From an uncultured Clostridia bacterium (GTDB lineage: Bacteria > Bacillota > Clostridia > TANB77 > CAG-508), in assembly GCA_947426305.1 (NCBI GenBank), contig CANEDP010000001.1, positions 66,868-130,867 on the forward strand: DNA of 64,000 nt, in the 5' to 3' direction. Below, piece after piece: positions 1 through 10,408 of this stretch; the stretch's first letter is position 1, and every line of letters begins with the position of its first letter. A program made the position numbers and the translations under genes. The notes below the pieces were generated by a model. That model made no database searches, was not told the origin of the DNA, and saw only the letters and a program-made list of their open reading frames with translations.

Positions 1-11
1 TCAATCACCCC

Positions 12-479
12 TTATTTAACCCATTCCCCTTCTGTAGAATGGTCTGTTAGTCTATCCAATACAACGTATTTTTGTCCACCTTGTGCTTTTATCACAATTA
101 CTTCTTCTCCCACTTTTAATCCATTATAAATTTTAATCTTCTTTTTGCCTGTATATTTATGTTTATGCTTTCCATTTAAATTGCCGCTTGAAGTTGTTCC
201 TTCAAATGTATTTCCTTCGGAATTATTTTTAGAAAAAGTGTGCACATGACTTTCTTTAAAAGTCTCATCTTCTACATAATGTGAAACTTCAACATCTACT
301 TCATAATCTTGAACAGCCTTTGTCAAAACCAGAAATTCTGATGTTAAAAATAATTTTGAATTAATATTAATTTGAAGTGGATTAATACTTACAACTTTTC
401 CAAAAAGTACATTACACAGCTGTGATGCTGTCACTGCATTTACAGCAGTCTTTTTTATGATATTAAATAAATCATCCAT
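12..479 (-). CDS. Phage baseplate-module protein, DUF2577/XkdR-like
   Basis: 155-aa ORF continuing the minus-strand tail/baseplate series. The N-terminal FGKVVSINPLQININSKLFLTSEFLVLT pattern resembles DUF2577 proteins of PBSX-like myophages. Confidence 0.45.
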   Translation of the reverse strand: MDDLFNIIKKTAVNAVTASQLCNVLFGKVVSINPLQININSKLFLTSEFLVLTKAVQDYEVDVEVSHYVEDETFKESHVHTFSKNNSEGNTFEGTTSSGNLNGKHKHKYTGKKKIKIYNGLKVGEEVIVIKAQGGQKYVVLDRLTDHSTEGEWVK

Positions 480-506
480 AAAAAATCTCCTTTAAAAACA
501 CTCTTC

Positions 507-536
507 TGTCATTAATTGTCAATTTATGTCGACGAT
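507..536. promoter_or_regulatory. Three TGTC(A/G)A motifs at 10-bp phasing, upstream of the XkdR-like gene
   Basis: tgtcattaat|tgtcaattta|tgtcgacgat. Contains TTGACA on the minus strand but no convincing -10. Same motif family as 3076-3093 and 22167-22184. Confidence 0.3.
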
Positions 537-609
537 TAAATACTATTCTCTTCTTTTTTGTGATATAATTTCCTAGTTACACAAAAGATGAAAGGTGGTG
601 ATTCACTTG

Positions 610-894
610 ATGCGCATCAATTTATCTGAACAGGCAAAAAAACTTTTATATCGTATCTATCAAGAATACCAATTTCACAAAGACAATAAAGTACCAGATT
701 CTTATACTTCTAGAACTGTTCCCAGTCATTTTTTATTTTCTAGTTCAGATAATAGTCAAATCATATCTAGCATTGCAGAATTATCTTCTAAAGGAATGGT
801 AAGATTCCTTAGCGATAATCGCATTATGATACGACTTCAAGGTATTTCTTACATAGAAAAGCAATTGACTAAAACAAAAGACATGAATCTATGA
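610..894 (+). CDS. Hypothetical small protein on the opposite strand, part of the moron island
   Basis: ATG at 610 preceded by the AGGTGGTG RBS. A strong terminator follows directly. No family recognised with confidence. Confidence 0.4.
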   Translation: MRINLSEQAKKLLYRIYQEYQFHKDNKVPDSYTSRTVPSHFLFSSSDNSQIISSIAELSSKGMVRFLSDNRIMIRLQGISYIEKQLTKTKDMNL

Positions 895-898
895 AAAA

Positions 899-926
899 AT
901 GCTAAGCAAACGCTTAGCATTTTTTA
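899..926 (+). terminator. Rho-independent terminator
   Basis: Stem atgctaagc/gcttagcat with a 4-nt loop, followed by a T-run. Confidence 0.7.
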
Positions 927-1054
927 TAAAACTTTTTGGTAATATAATAAAAACACCAGATTTCTCTGATGTTCTTCATTTTTAACAGAAAAATAGAGCC
1001 ACGCCTTGTCAACATAGCCCCGCAAAAGATTTTTCTTTTTCTCTATAATATATA

Positions 1055-2005
1055 TTATATACTATTAGTATACCATGTGTCAATAATTTTAGTCAAAAAT
1101 TTTAAATTTGTTTGTACTAAATCATTTGTTTCATAATAGTCTATATGATGCTCTATTCTATCTTTTAATTCATTTAAAATTTTTATTTGATTATTTAATA
1201 CTCCCTCACTCGTTATCATTCTTTTATTTAAGTATAGCAGAGTTACTATCTGTTGGATTCTTACGTTAGACATTTTATTATCTCTTGTTTTCTTTGACAC
1301 TCCGATAGATGCTATTTCACTAAGTATTTTATAATTTGCTCTATGTTCTGATGTAGAAGATTTTAAATCATTAATAATGCAATTATTATGAGCGCAGGCA
1401 TTTCTTAATTCTCTAACATTTTTCAATAAATATGCCTCATCTAACATTGCTTTATCTTGTAATCTATTTGCAACAAACATATAAAATTTGATTAATCTTC
1501 CAAACGGAATAATTTCTACAAAAGCCCAAATTGGATATTCATCTCCATACTTTGCTACTAAATCACCACAATAAGTACTTCTTATATTTTTATTTAATTC
1601 GTTTTTTAAATAATCATATTCTCTATTATTTTTTAAATTTTGAACATAATCTTCTACTATACCATAAGCATCTTTGCTGGCTTTTTCCACTTTTGATAAC
1701 AATCTGACTTTAGTATAATGTTCTAAGTCAAGCACAATACTTAACATTGTTTTTCTTAATCTCATGTCAATAATAGAAAGATCTATCAACATTTTAAAAT
1801 CCAAATCTATATATTTACCTTGTTTTTCGCCATCTTCATATTTAGAAAAATTCTTTCTATAAGAAACTAATTTAAAATAGTTATTATTCTTTTCTAAATA
1901 TTTTTCAGCATCATCTTTAGAAAATAATTCAAATTTTACTCCTTTTTCCATCAAATGTTTAACCAGTTCTCCTGCATTCAACATTGGTTTAGATTCTTTG
2001 TACAT
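1055..2005 (-). CDS. Abi_2 family (AbiD/AbiF-like) abortive-infection protein
   Basis: 316 aa. N-terminal ...EKYLEKNNNYFKLVSYRKNF and central VRELRNACAHNNCIIN motifs are typical of Abi_2 proteins. Confidence 0.8.
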   Translation of the reverse strand: MYKESKPMLNAGELVKHLMEKGVKFELFSKDDAEKYLEKNNNYFKLVSYRKNFSKYEDGEKQGKYIDLDFKMLIDLSIIDMRLRKTMLSIVLDLEHYTKVRLLSKVEKASKDAYGIVEDYVQNLKNNREYDYLKNELNKNIRSTYCGDLVAKYGDEYPIWAFVEIIPFGRLIKFYMFVANRLQDKAMLDEAYLLKNVRELRNACAHNNCIINDLKSSTSEHRANYKILSEIASIGVSKKTRDNKMSNVRIQQIVTLLYLNKRMITSEGVLNNQIKILNELKDRIEHHIDYYETNDLVQTNLKFLTKIIDTWYTNSI

Positions 2006-2117
2006 TTTGTTTTTGCTCCCATTTTTTCTATTTATAATGTATTATATACTATTTTTACACTTTTTTCAACATTTTTTACAAAATAAAAACACCTACCTAA
2101 GTAAGTGTTTTGAACTA

Positions 2118-2990
2118 TTATTTTATATATTCTTGCCCGTCAAATATTAAAGAAATAATTTGATTATTTTGATATTTAACTTGAAATTGACTTCTTAGCA
2201 TTGCCCCAAAACTATTTTGGGAATCTACATATCCTTGTACAGTAATTACTCCTGTATCTTTATCTTTTCCAACATACCATTCGTCATACCATGGATATTT
2301 AGCAGTAGATGGTGATTTTAGTATAGTATTAATTGTATTTTTTGTATTATCTATAAAATCATATTTTTCGTCTGGAGTCATGAAAAAGTCAGAAAGCGTA
2401 TTTATAATTTGCCCATTTTCATATAAAATATTATTAGCATAATCTACAGATATAACTTGTCCATTTTGTATATTAAGACCACCAGATACATTACTATTTT
2501 CTTGCCTAATTATAAAATAGTAAATTCCCTTTTCTTCTCCAACATATTCTAAATTATAATCATCAAAACCACAAGATTTTACGATATTATCTAAATCATC
2601 ATAAGATGATACGTATTGTTCAATCATTTGACGCTTTTCTGCTTGCTCTTGTTCTTCTTTTTCTAGCGTACTATTTACACCAATCACTATACTTAATATA
2701 ATGATAATAAAAATAATTAAACCAATTCCTTGTTCAACTTCTGCTTTTTTTATTTTCTTTGTTTGAGTATTATGATAATTACTTATTGTTTCTACTGTGT
2801 CTTTGTTTTTCAAATCTTGATTCAAAACTTGCTTCTTAATTTTATCAATTCTACTTGCAAAATAGATAATTCCACCTAAAGCAGGCATTCCTATAAGCGG
2901 TGCAGAGTTATTCCCCTCCATGCTTAGTGATATGCAAAATATCAATATACAAACAATAAGTCCTATTATAAGTAATGTTTTTTTGCCCAT
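2118..2990 (-). CDS. Membrane protein with extracytoplasmic C-terminal domain, possible superinfection-exclusion moron
   Basis: 290 aa with three hydrophobic helices (res 5-25, 30-47, 88-107) and a soluble C-terminal domain. Lies immediately upstream of the Abi gene on the same strand. Confidence 0.55.
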   Translation of the reverse strand: MGKKTLLIIGLIVCILIFCISLSMEGNNSAPLIGMPALGGIIYFASRIDKIKKQVLNQDLKNKDTVETISNYHNTQTKKIKKAEVEQGIGLIIFIIIILSIVIGVNSTLEKEEQEQAEKRQMIEQYVSSYDDLDNIVKSCGFDDYNLEYVGEEKGIYYFIIRQENSNVSGGLNIQNGQVISVDYANNILYENGQIINTLSDFFMTPDEKYDFIDNTKNTINTILKSPSTAKYPWYDEWYVGKDKDTGVITVQGYVDSQNSFGAMLRSQFQVKYQNNQIISLIFDGQEYIK

Positions 2991-3037
2991 TACAATATCT
3001 CCATTTCTTACTAATTCTTAATATATCTTACGAACTC

Positions 3038-3093
3038 AGTATAAAGGATTTTGTCGAATATTGCAATTTATTTCGGTCGACATTTTTCGACAT
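3038..3093 (-). promoter_or_regulatory. Promoter with tandem ATGTCGA repeats upstream of the -35
   Basis: Minus strand reads ATGTCGAaaaATGTCGA-N10-TTGCAA-N17-TATACT. The 18-mer gtcgacatttttcgacat (3076-3093) is identical to 22167-22184. Confidence 0.5.
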
Positions 3094-3096
3094 CTG

Positions 3097-4078
3097 TCAA
3101 GCAGTAAAATTATTTCCAATTAGGGTCAAATCCATTAAATGTTCTTTATTCTTGAATTTATGTTTTACTTTTTCAACAATCATCCAGTTTTTTAATTTTA
3201 CATCACCCAAATTCAAACAAACAATCACCATACTTCCTGCTCTTACTCGTATATCTCCCAAACAATCTTTAATTTGTAAATTCCTTGTTTTCTGATTATA
3301 TAAAGAAAGGAGCGCGTTTGCTTTTGCTGCTCCATTCACATTCTTATCAATTGTGTCAAAATACTGCAATACACCCCACTTGTTAATATTTGACGTATCT
3401 TTCGCTATAAAGACATCTCTTGTTCCAGTTTCATCATTTTCATATATCAATTTAATCTTATTGTATGTATTTGAATCAATACTAGACGAATAGCCAAAAT
3501 CACCTGCTGTTTCAACATCAATCATCAATATATTTCCTGAGCCATCCATAACACGCATATTATTGATATTTTTTAAATTTAACTTTCCAAAATTATCATA
3601 TAAAACAAATAGTTGCTTTGTTGCTGTCAATGTTAAATCCAAAGCATTTTGTGTAATGTCAAATAAAGTTGTATTATCTTCAACTCTACTCGGAATTATA
3701 TATCCAGTATCTTCAACATCACCAATATTTAGATTAAAATCATTAGCAATCATTTTTGTAACATCGCTTGCTTTCTTATTTGCATAAATATAAGTATCTT
3801 TATTTTTGAAATAACGTAATTGGTCATAACAAGTAACTGATACAAGTCTATCCTTACTATTTTTCTTAGAAAAAGCAAATCCATAAAAAACATTATTTTT
3901 ATCCACACTCATTCTCGTTGCATTGCCTTCTTCAAAGTTAATCTTTCCGTCATCTAATACTTTAAATGTTAATTTCCCGTGGACTTCCTTTTCTCTCTAG
4001 TTCCCATTCAATTCCTTCCTCTATAACAGGAACATAAATGTTTTCGCCATTCTGAATTAATATATTCGTATGATTCAT
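3097..4078 (-). CDS. Baseplate/late-control-D-like protein (XkdQ-like), needs a +1 shift at CGG 3979-3977
   Basis: ATG at 4078 gives MNHTNILIQNGENIYVPVIEEGIEWELERKGSP, then cca CGG g. The +1 frame continues GKLTFKVLDDGKINFEEG... into ORF 3097-3912. Confidence 0.65.
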
Positions 4079-4087
4079 AATCTCCTC

Positions 4088-4958
4088 CTACAATGCTGGA
4101 ATATAATAAGTATAATCAATTTTGTCTTCGTATGGAGATGCTCCTTGTCTTCCTTCTTTTTTGCCATGTTCTAAATAATGTGCATATAAAGTGTCTGGAT
4201 CCGTTCCATAAACAGCCACCACATCTGGATTATTTCTTGCATAAAACATCGCATCGAAATTGATTTGCGTATTGTGTGGCACATAGGCTGTTGTAACCAA
4301 TTTTAGCCTATCTGCATTAGCATCATAAATTTTTCGATAATATGCTCCATTTCCATAAAATTTTTTAGCAATCCCCCAAAAGGTATCGCCCTTTTGCGCT
4401 TCGTAATAAGCTGGCAAGCTCACTTTTGAATAATCATCGCGTACAGAATTAACAGTTGCATTAAATTTTCCATTTTTTAATTCCTGTAATGAAATAGTTT
4501 TTGTGCTATACGATCTATATTGTTTTAATTTTATCGATACAATAATGTCAAATCCCTCTGCCGTATCATCCTTTATCGTATAATCTTCTAATGTTACCAT
4601 CATATTCGTATCAAATAACTCATTATATTCAGAATACGCCCCATTTCTAGTCGTGATGGGATTTGGTCTATGTCTCCAAACAACAAATCGAAACGGCTCT
4701 AAACTTGTCTTCATATTCTCAAATTCTTCTAAAAAATATTCGGCTTTTACAAATCCGTTGTAAGGATAATTCGCAAAAGGATAACTATTTTGTGGAATTA
4801 ACACATCAAAGGATATTTCCGTCAATCCGTGGCGACTTCAATAAGTTAATTTCTCCATCATTTATTAAATTAATTGTTTTATTTTGATTTTTAATTTTCA
4901 TCTCCATTTTGCTTGGCGCAATTGGCAATTGTATTTCACCCAAATAAAATATATACAT
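4088..4958 (-). CDS. LysM-domain tail protein (XkdP-like), needs a +1 shift at CGG 4829-4827
   Basis: ATG at 4958 gives ...NDGEINLLKSP, then cca CGG a. The +1 frame continues GLTEISFDVLIPQ... A LysM-like segment GDTFWGIAKKFYGNGAYYRKIYDAN is present. Confidence 0.65.
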
Positions 4959-4973
4959 TTTTGCATTCTCCTT

Positions 4974-7298
4974 TTATGCATGACATCCTTCTGCTGTTGT
5001 CATTAATTGTTCTTGCAATGCTTCTGTTAGTGTGCTAACCACACCGTCAATATCCATATCGCTATTAATATTATTATTGTTTGTCATATCGATTTTAATT
5101 TCTGCTGTTGTAAAACGATTAATGGTATCTCGTTCTGCTAAATCCATGATATATTTCAAATCTTCTGTTGTTGTATCTAGGCTATCGGCTATTTTAGCAG
5201 TGTTATCGGCTATTTTTCCTGTATCTCCTGCAACGTTATTTGGCATTACTGGAGTGCTAAAATTCAAAATATCTTTACTAGCAGCCGCAACATCTTTTGC
5301 TATTGAAGAACCATCTAATTTTTTCCTATTTGCCACTCTGTCTTCTCTAGTTGCTGCTTGTTCTGCTGCCTTTTTCTGAATTTCAGTTGCACCATTGTTG
5401 GCTATATCAATTAATTTTTGTTGATAATCTCCAATTTTTAGATTAACATCTTCCATTTCTCCATATGTTTCAGATATAGCATCTACATATTCTGCCATTT
5501 TATCAGAAATTTCATTAACAGTTTTACTTGTAAAGTCTGCATAATCCATTTTTTCAAAATGAGCACCAAGTTTATTAAGCGTTTCAGCAACTTTATTGTA
5601 CATCCAAATAACAGCGTTAACTATTCCTTGACATACACCTTGAAATCCCAATTTCATACTCAAGGCACCTAGTTGTATCATATAAAATGCTGTTTGCAGT
5701 CCCATTTTTACTCCTAAAATGCCTTGATACATATATAGTCCTGCGATAACAATTGCATAAAATGCCGCTTCAACGCCCAACTTTAAAGCCATAGCCCCTA
5801 AAACTAATGCATCCCATGCATATAATATCCAGTAAGCAACTTCATCGCTTGTATTCCAAAAATAAATTAATACAGCAATTATTGCAATTATAACTATCAT
5901 TATCCAAGTCGTTGGATTCCTTAACGCATTCATAGCATTTGTCAACAACCATGTACCTGCTCTTGCTAATAATGTATATGTATAATAAACTCCTAAAACA
6001 ATAATTATTGCCTGTAAAATTGGTTGAATTATACTCCAATGGCTTTTTACAAAATTTCCTATCTGCAATATTATATTTAATATTGGACTCAGTAAAGTAA
6101 TTACATTTCCGACAAAATTTCCAATATTGCTTAGTATGTTTTCCATTGCGCCACCAAAATTATTTAGCATAATCTGAATTGTTGGTAATTTAGAATTTTC
6201 CAAAGCAGTATTAATAGTTGTAATCATATTTGCAACACCTCTTGTCACAGACGTTTTCATATTAGCAATTGATGTCGCAAATCCACCAGTCGCATTCTTG
6301 GCTTGCTCTGCAAAACTTTGAAAACCATTTTTACCCGTTTCATTTAGTCTAATAATTGTATCCATAAAAGAACTCATTGACACTTTTCCATTTCTTAAAC
6401 CTTCGCCAAGTTGCGTTTCTGTCATCTTCATTTCTCTTGCAATCTGTTGTAATTGTGCTGGCATTGCTGACTGTAATGCTTTCCACTCCATCATATCTGG
6501 TTTTCCTTTTGAATATGCTTGTGACAATTGTTCTAATGCTGTTCTTTGAATATCCATACTTTGTCTACCTGCTAATATCGCATTATTTACCGCCAAAAAC
6601 ATTTTTGTACTATATCCAATACTGTTATTCGAAGATGTAAATCTTTGAACCGCTGATGCTGCATCATTCAAAGTTGTTGGTAGCCCTTTTAAGCCATCGC
6701 TCAAAATTTGAATAGCGGCTTGTGATTGTTGTTTGTCAATTCTAAGATTAGACATTACTTTCGGAAAATTATTGATTGTGTCTATTCTACTTATAGCAGA
6801 ATCTATAGAACTATTAACCATACCAACAACTTTTTGTATAACACTTAATCCCATAATTGTTTTTACCAAACTAGCAGCATTCGTGTCCCCTTTTTTAATT
6901 TTGTTATTCAATCTTTCTTGATTATCATTCGCGTTTCTTATGCCATTTGAAACTTTGTCATAATCACTTTTCAAGCCACCAACCAAAGACCTTTGTTCTC
7001 TCACACTTGCTATCATATCTTGCGCTCTTGCTGTTTTTGTTCCTTCTGCTGCGATGATTTTTTTTGTTTCTGATTCTACTTGTTTCAATACTTGTAATTC
7101 TGCCTGATAAGCCAATTCTGTTTGTAAAGCTGAATCCTTTAGTTTTTCTGCATTAGTAATCGCTTTTGTTGGAGCAACTGACATTTCATTATTTAAACTT
7201 TTAAATCCACTTGTTGTTCTTGATAAGCCAGAATGTATCCTTGCAAATACACTAGAGGCTCTATCTTCAACCACTATCGAACTTTTTATTGTAGCCAT
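4974..7298 (-). CDS. Tail tape measure protein
   Basis: 774 aa, coiled-coil rich with a central hydrophobic block. Lies directly downstream of the tail chaperone pair. Confidence 0.85.
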   Translation of the reverse strand: MATIKSSIVVEDRASSVFARIHSGLSRTTSGFKSLNNEMSVAPTKAITNAEKLKDSALQTELAYQAELQVLKQVESETKKIIAAEGTKTARAQDMIASVREQRSLVGGLKSDYDKVSNGIRNANDNQERLNNKIKKGDTNAASLVKTIMGLSVIQKVVGMVNSSIDSAISRIDTINNFPKVMSNLRIDKQQSQAAIQILSDGLKGLPTTLNDAASAVQRFTSSNNSIGYSTKMFLAVNNAILAGRQSMDIQRTALEQLSQAYSKGKPDMMEWKALQSAMPAQLQQIAREMKMTETQLGEGLRNGKVSMSSFMDTIIRLNETGKNGFQSFAEQAKNATGGFATSIANMKTSVTRGVANMITTINTALENSKLPTIQIMLNNFGGAMENILSNIGNFVGNVITLLSPILNIILQIGNFVKSHWSIIQPILQAIIIVLGVYYTYTLLARAGTWLLTNAMNALRNPTTWIMIVIIAIIAVLIYFWNTSDEVAYWILYAWDALVLGAMALKLGVEAAFYAIVIAGLYMYQGILGVKMGLQTAFYMIQLGALSMKLGFQGVCQGIVNAVIWMYNKVAETLNKLGAHFEKMDYADFTSKTVNEISDKMAEYVDAISETYGEMEDVNLKIGDYQQKLIDIANNGATEIQKKAAEQAATREDRVANRKKLDGSSIAKDVAAASKDILNFSTPVMPNNVAGDTGKIADNTAKIADSLDTTTEDLKYIMDLAERDTINRFTTAEIKIDMTNNNNINSDMDIDGVVSTLTEALQEQLMTTAEGCHA

Positions 7299-7331
7299 TT
7301 CCTTCTCCTTTTCGAAAAAATAAAATATAGT

Positions 7332-7511
7332 TTATTTCTTTAATTTCGCTTCTCTTTCTTTTTCGTCTTCCGCTCTTTTTTGTATTGATGCAATAACAAA
7401 AGCCCTTTCCTTGAATGGTAAATCAAGAAATTCATGTGGAAATCTATGAAGTTTTTGAAGGCAATAATGAGCATTTACTGCTTCCGTATCGCCTTCTTCA
7501 ATTAGTTTTTT
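7332..7511 (-). CDS. -1 frameshift extension of the tail assembly chaperone (G/GT-type)
   Basis: After the A AAA AAC heptamer the -1 frame stays open for about 59 codons (KKLIEEGDTEAVNAHYCLQKL...KLKK*), ending just before the tape measure start. Confidence 0.6.
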   Translation of the reverse strand, partial: KKLIEEGDTEAVNAHYCLQKLHRFPHEFLDLPFKERAFVIASIQKRAEDEKEREAKLKK

Positions 7512-7909
7512 GCTTCTTCAACCGCATCCTCTAAACTATAACCATTCGCAGATTGAATAAATTCCATAAGGTCGTCATATTCTCCCGGATTTAACAAATG
7601 TTTTTTTAGCACTTTAATTGGGTTCATTTCATTATAAAAATTTTGCAATTCAACATTATGTAAGTCAGGATATAAAATACATTTTTCCGCTAATAATTCT
7701 AAGTATTTAACAGTATCAAATTCTTGTTTCATTCTTTTTCCTACTTGAACTTGTTTATAGCATTCTTTTCTTAACGCATCATTTTCATCTGCTGTTATTG
7801 TTTGTATTTTCCATTTTTCAGGATTTCCATTTTTATCTTTAATTCTTTTAGAAGCAACATATTCTTCTACCTTTTTTTCGTCTTTCAACATAAAACTTTC
7901 TAAACTCAT
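7502..7909 (-). CDS. Tail assembly chaperone (XkdN-like)
   Basis: 135-aa ORF between tail tube and tape measure, with a slippery site at its stop codon. Confidence 0.7.
   Translation of the reverse strand: MSLESFMLKDEKKVEEYVASKRIKDKNGNPEKWKIQTITADENDALRKECYKQVQVGKRMKQEFDTVKYLELLAEKCILYPDLHNVELQNFYNEMNPIKVLKKHLLNPGEYDDLMEFIQSANGYSLEDAVEEAKN
7505..7511 (-). promoter_or_regulatory. Programmed -1 ribosomal frameshift slippery heptamer A AAA AAC
   Basis: gcA AAA AAC taa at the 3' end of the chaperone ORF. This is a canonical X XXY YYZ site in the canonical position. Confidence 0.6.
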
Positions 7910-7942
7910 AACTTTATTCTCCTTTTTCTTTTTAATTATTTC

Positions 7943-8416
7943 TTATTGCATACCTGCTAATTGCAAAAATTTTGTTGGATTAGAAAAATCTTCAAATGTA
8001 AAATTGATTTCTTGTTCTAAAAAATCACCATCTACATCAAAAGCAGCCAATACTCCACCATCGATATTGCAACCTATAAATACCATTGTACAAATTCCTG
8101 CTGCAGAGGTAGGATCTTCATTTGTTATTTGTGTTTCAAAATATACATCTTCCCCTGTGTTTTTATATCTTTCCATGATTTCATCAAATATAGAAGTATT
8201 CTTATAGATTGTCATTTTTCCAGTGCCTTTCCATCCAGTCGACTTATTTCCTGCACCAGTTTGTCCCAAAATATTAATTTCTTTTTTAGTTTTTTCAAAT
8301 TTTGCTTCAAAATCTTTTGCTTGCATCAACAAAAATCTTCTGTTCTCAATTGTTACATAGCATTCTGCTAACTTTGCACTTATTGCATCTTTTGCATTCA
8401 TTGTTATATTAGCCAT
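7943..8416 (-). CDS. Tail tube protein (XkdM-like)
   Basis: 157 aa, directly downstream of the sheath gene. Size and order match contractile-tail phages. Confidence 0.7.
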   Translation of the reverse strand: MANITMNAKDAISAKLAECYVTIENRRFLLMQAKDFEAKFEKTKKEINILGQTGAGNKSTGWKGTGKMTIYKNTSIFDEIMERYKNTGEDVYFETQITNEDPTSAAGICTMVFIGCNIDGGVLAAFDVDGDFLEQEINFTFEDFSNPTKFLQLAGMQ

Positions 8417-8468
8417 TTACAAATTCCTCCCTTATAAAAAAATAAAGAGAACTTTTCGTTCCCTTTCC

Positions 8469-9764
8469 TTAACTTACATCTACCGTCATATACAATTTTT
8501 CCATTGCACTAATCACTTTAACCCCTGTGCCAACAGCCACTGATTTTTTATCATTTCCTATTTCAATGCTTATATCTTCATCTTTAAAGTCCTCAATTGC
8601 TTGCAAGGTCTGATAGTTTTTAAATAATGCAACAACATCACTCCAAAGAGAAATTCTTCCTGCTTCATTATTTGCTATTTTACCAACATATTTGGAATTA
8701 AATACACTAGCAACATCTAAAGCAATTTCATCTAATACTCTTATTGTTTGATTTGATTTAAAATCTTCATTCTTTTCATCCGCCATAGTCAGTAAACTAT
8801 TAATATCTACTAATACTCTAATTTCACTACCAACCTTATGAAGTACAAATTCTCCATTATCAATTGACGCTTCTAATTGCGCTTGTGTATAATCTGCATT
8901 AACATTATATTCCCCATCATACACTCTGTTTGTGTTCGATTTATTAATTTCACAACCTGCAATTATACCTGTTACCCAATAAACAAGCGAAGTATCTCCT
9001 TCAACTGTTGTATTTTTTACATTTACAACCCCTTCGTAATCTGCCGCATTATCAAACAACACTACTTGAAATTTAACACCTTGTTTTTCTCTTAATCTTT
9101 TTGCATATTCAACATATAAATTCGATGTATTCTTCTCTTTTACTGTACATCCAATAGCGTTTACTTGATAAGATTCCAACTTATCCAAGAAATTTTGATG
9201 TGCTTCTCCATTTGCTTGTCCATTTGTTCCACCTGTCAATTTTGTTCCTGCAGTCACTTCAAGTGTCGCGCCTGTTTTAAAAACTACATAACTATTTGAG
9301 ATTAATTCATCTGCTTTTTTTACTGTTTGTATATCAACTTCTTTTGAATCTAAATACGTACTTACATCATATTTGCTTTCATCATCAATATTTTTAGCAA
9401 TTACAATCGTTATGTCGTTTCCTCTTACTCCACTACACTTAGCCGTAGCAAAATCATTTGTAGCTTTTTCTCCAGAATTTAATCTATATAAATACGCTTT
9501 CTTAATATTTTTAAACAAATCTCTTAGTCCTTTTAATTTTTCATTCGAATAATCATATCCTAAAATTTCTAACGAATTTTTATTAAAATTCTCCGATGAA
9601 GTTTCAATCAATTCTCCATCTTTTCCCCAGTCCATTTCAAGAGCCATTGCAGCAATACCTCTTTCTCCAATTGCAGAAGATGCCTTTTGTGCAGGCACAA
9701 AATTAATGTATGTACCGGGTAATTTCTTATTTTGACTTGTAAAAGTTCCACCACCTAATGCCAT
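8469..9764 (-). CDS. Tail sheath protein
   Basis: 431 aa. The N-terminal MALGGGTFTSQNKKLPGTYINF motif is typical of phage sheath proteins. Gene order sheath-tube-chaperone-TMP. Confidence 0.8.
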   Translation of the reverse strand: MALGGGTFTSQNKKLPGTYINFVPAQKASSAIGERGIAAMALEMDWGKDGELIETSSENFNKNSLEILGYDYSNEKLKGLRDLFKNIKKAYLYRLNSGEKATNDFATAKCSGVRGNDITIVIAKNIDDESKYDVSTYLDSKEVDIQTVKKADELISNSYVVFKTGATLEVTAGTKLTGGTNGQANGEAHQNFLDKLESYQVNAIGCTVKEKNTSNLYVEYAKRLREKQGVKFQVVLFDNAADYEGVVNVKNTTVEGDTSLVYWVTGIIAGCEINKSNTNRVYDGEYNVNADYTQAQLEASIDNGEFVLHKVGSEIRVLVDINSLLTMADEKNEDFKSNQTIRVLDEIALDVASVFNSKYVGKIANNEAGRISLWSDVVALFKNYQTLQAIEDFKDEDISIEIGNDKKSVAVGTGVKVISAMEKLYMTVDVS

Positions 9765-9765
9765 A

Positions 9766-9951
9766 CTATTTCACCAATCCTTTCTTGTAATTCTTAATTT
9801 TTTCATCTATCTCTTGTTTACTATATTTTTCATTTTCACTTAATAATACAATTAACAAATCTCTATTCTTTGCAAACATCTTAGAATCAACAATTTGCTT
9901 CTTCGTGTATTTTTCTATATTGTCATTTTCCACTTTTTTAACTGCTTTCAT
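9766..9951 (-). CDS. Hypothetical small phage protein
   Basis: 61-aa ORF tightly packed between structural genes. Confidence 0.4.
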   Translation of the reverse strand: MKAVKKVENDNIEKYTKKQIVDSKMFAKNRDLLIVLLSENEKYSKQEIDEKIKNYKKGLVK

Positions 9952-10408
9952 CTTTTTTTACCCCCTCATTTAAATTATAATCATTCATTTTAGTCGTTTC
10001 GTCATTACCTTTTTTTATTGACAAATTATAATCAATAAAAAAATGCAAAACATCATCCTCAATTTTCGGATGTAATTTCATTGCTCTAACCAAACTTTTG
10101 TCTGACAATTCTATGCATTCTAATTTATACAAATTGTCTATCATATCATTCAATATTTCAGTCTCTCCATCAAGTGTAAAACCAATAACCACAATATTTA
10201 GCAAGTCTTTATAATACTTGTCTTGTAATCCAATTTCTCTGATTTCTTCTCCATTTAATACTTTGATAAAAAAACAAGGCTTTTCTAAACCTTGCTCTTG
10301 ATTATCTGTATAAATCGGATAGTCCTTATATATTTGTTTAATTTTAGCAGCAATGCCAAGCACTATTTCATTTACTACATTTTTAACCATTATTAAAACA
10401 CCTCTCAA
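9938..10408 (-). CDS. Putative tail completion/terminator protein
   Basis: Called from its position between the head-tail joining genes and the sheath. No motif recognised. Confidence 0.35.
   Translation of the reverse strand: MRGVLIMVKNVVNEIVLGIAAKIKQIYKDYPIYTDNQEQGLEKPCFFIKVLNGEEIREIGLQDKYYKDLLNIVVIGFTLDGETEILNDMIDNLYKLECIELSDKSLVRAMKLHPKIEDDVLHFFIDYNLSIKKGNDETTKMNDYNLNEGVKKDESS

Noticed and set aside
5032-6921. Multiple plus-strand ORFs inside the tape measure gene, and similar antisense ORFs within the sheath, portal, MuF, dockerin-protein, recQ and other genes (for example 8004-8371, 16359-17365, 19261-19911, 40059-40964, 42005-43490, 45436-47512, 56172-57457).
   Set aside because: They are antisense to long genes with clear family signatures, have low-complexity Leu/Phe/Ser-rich translations typical of AT-rich antisense frames, and have no RBS.
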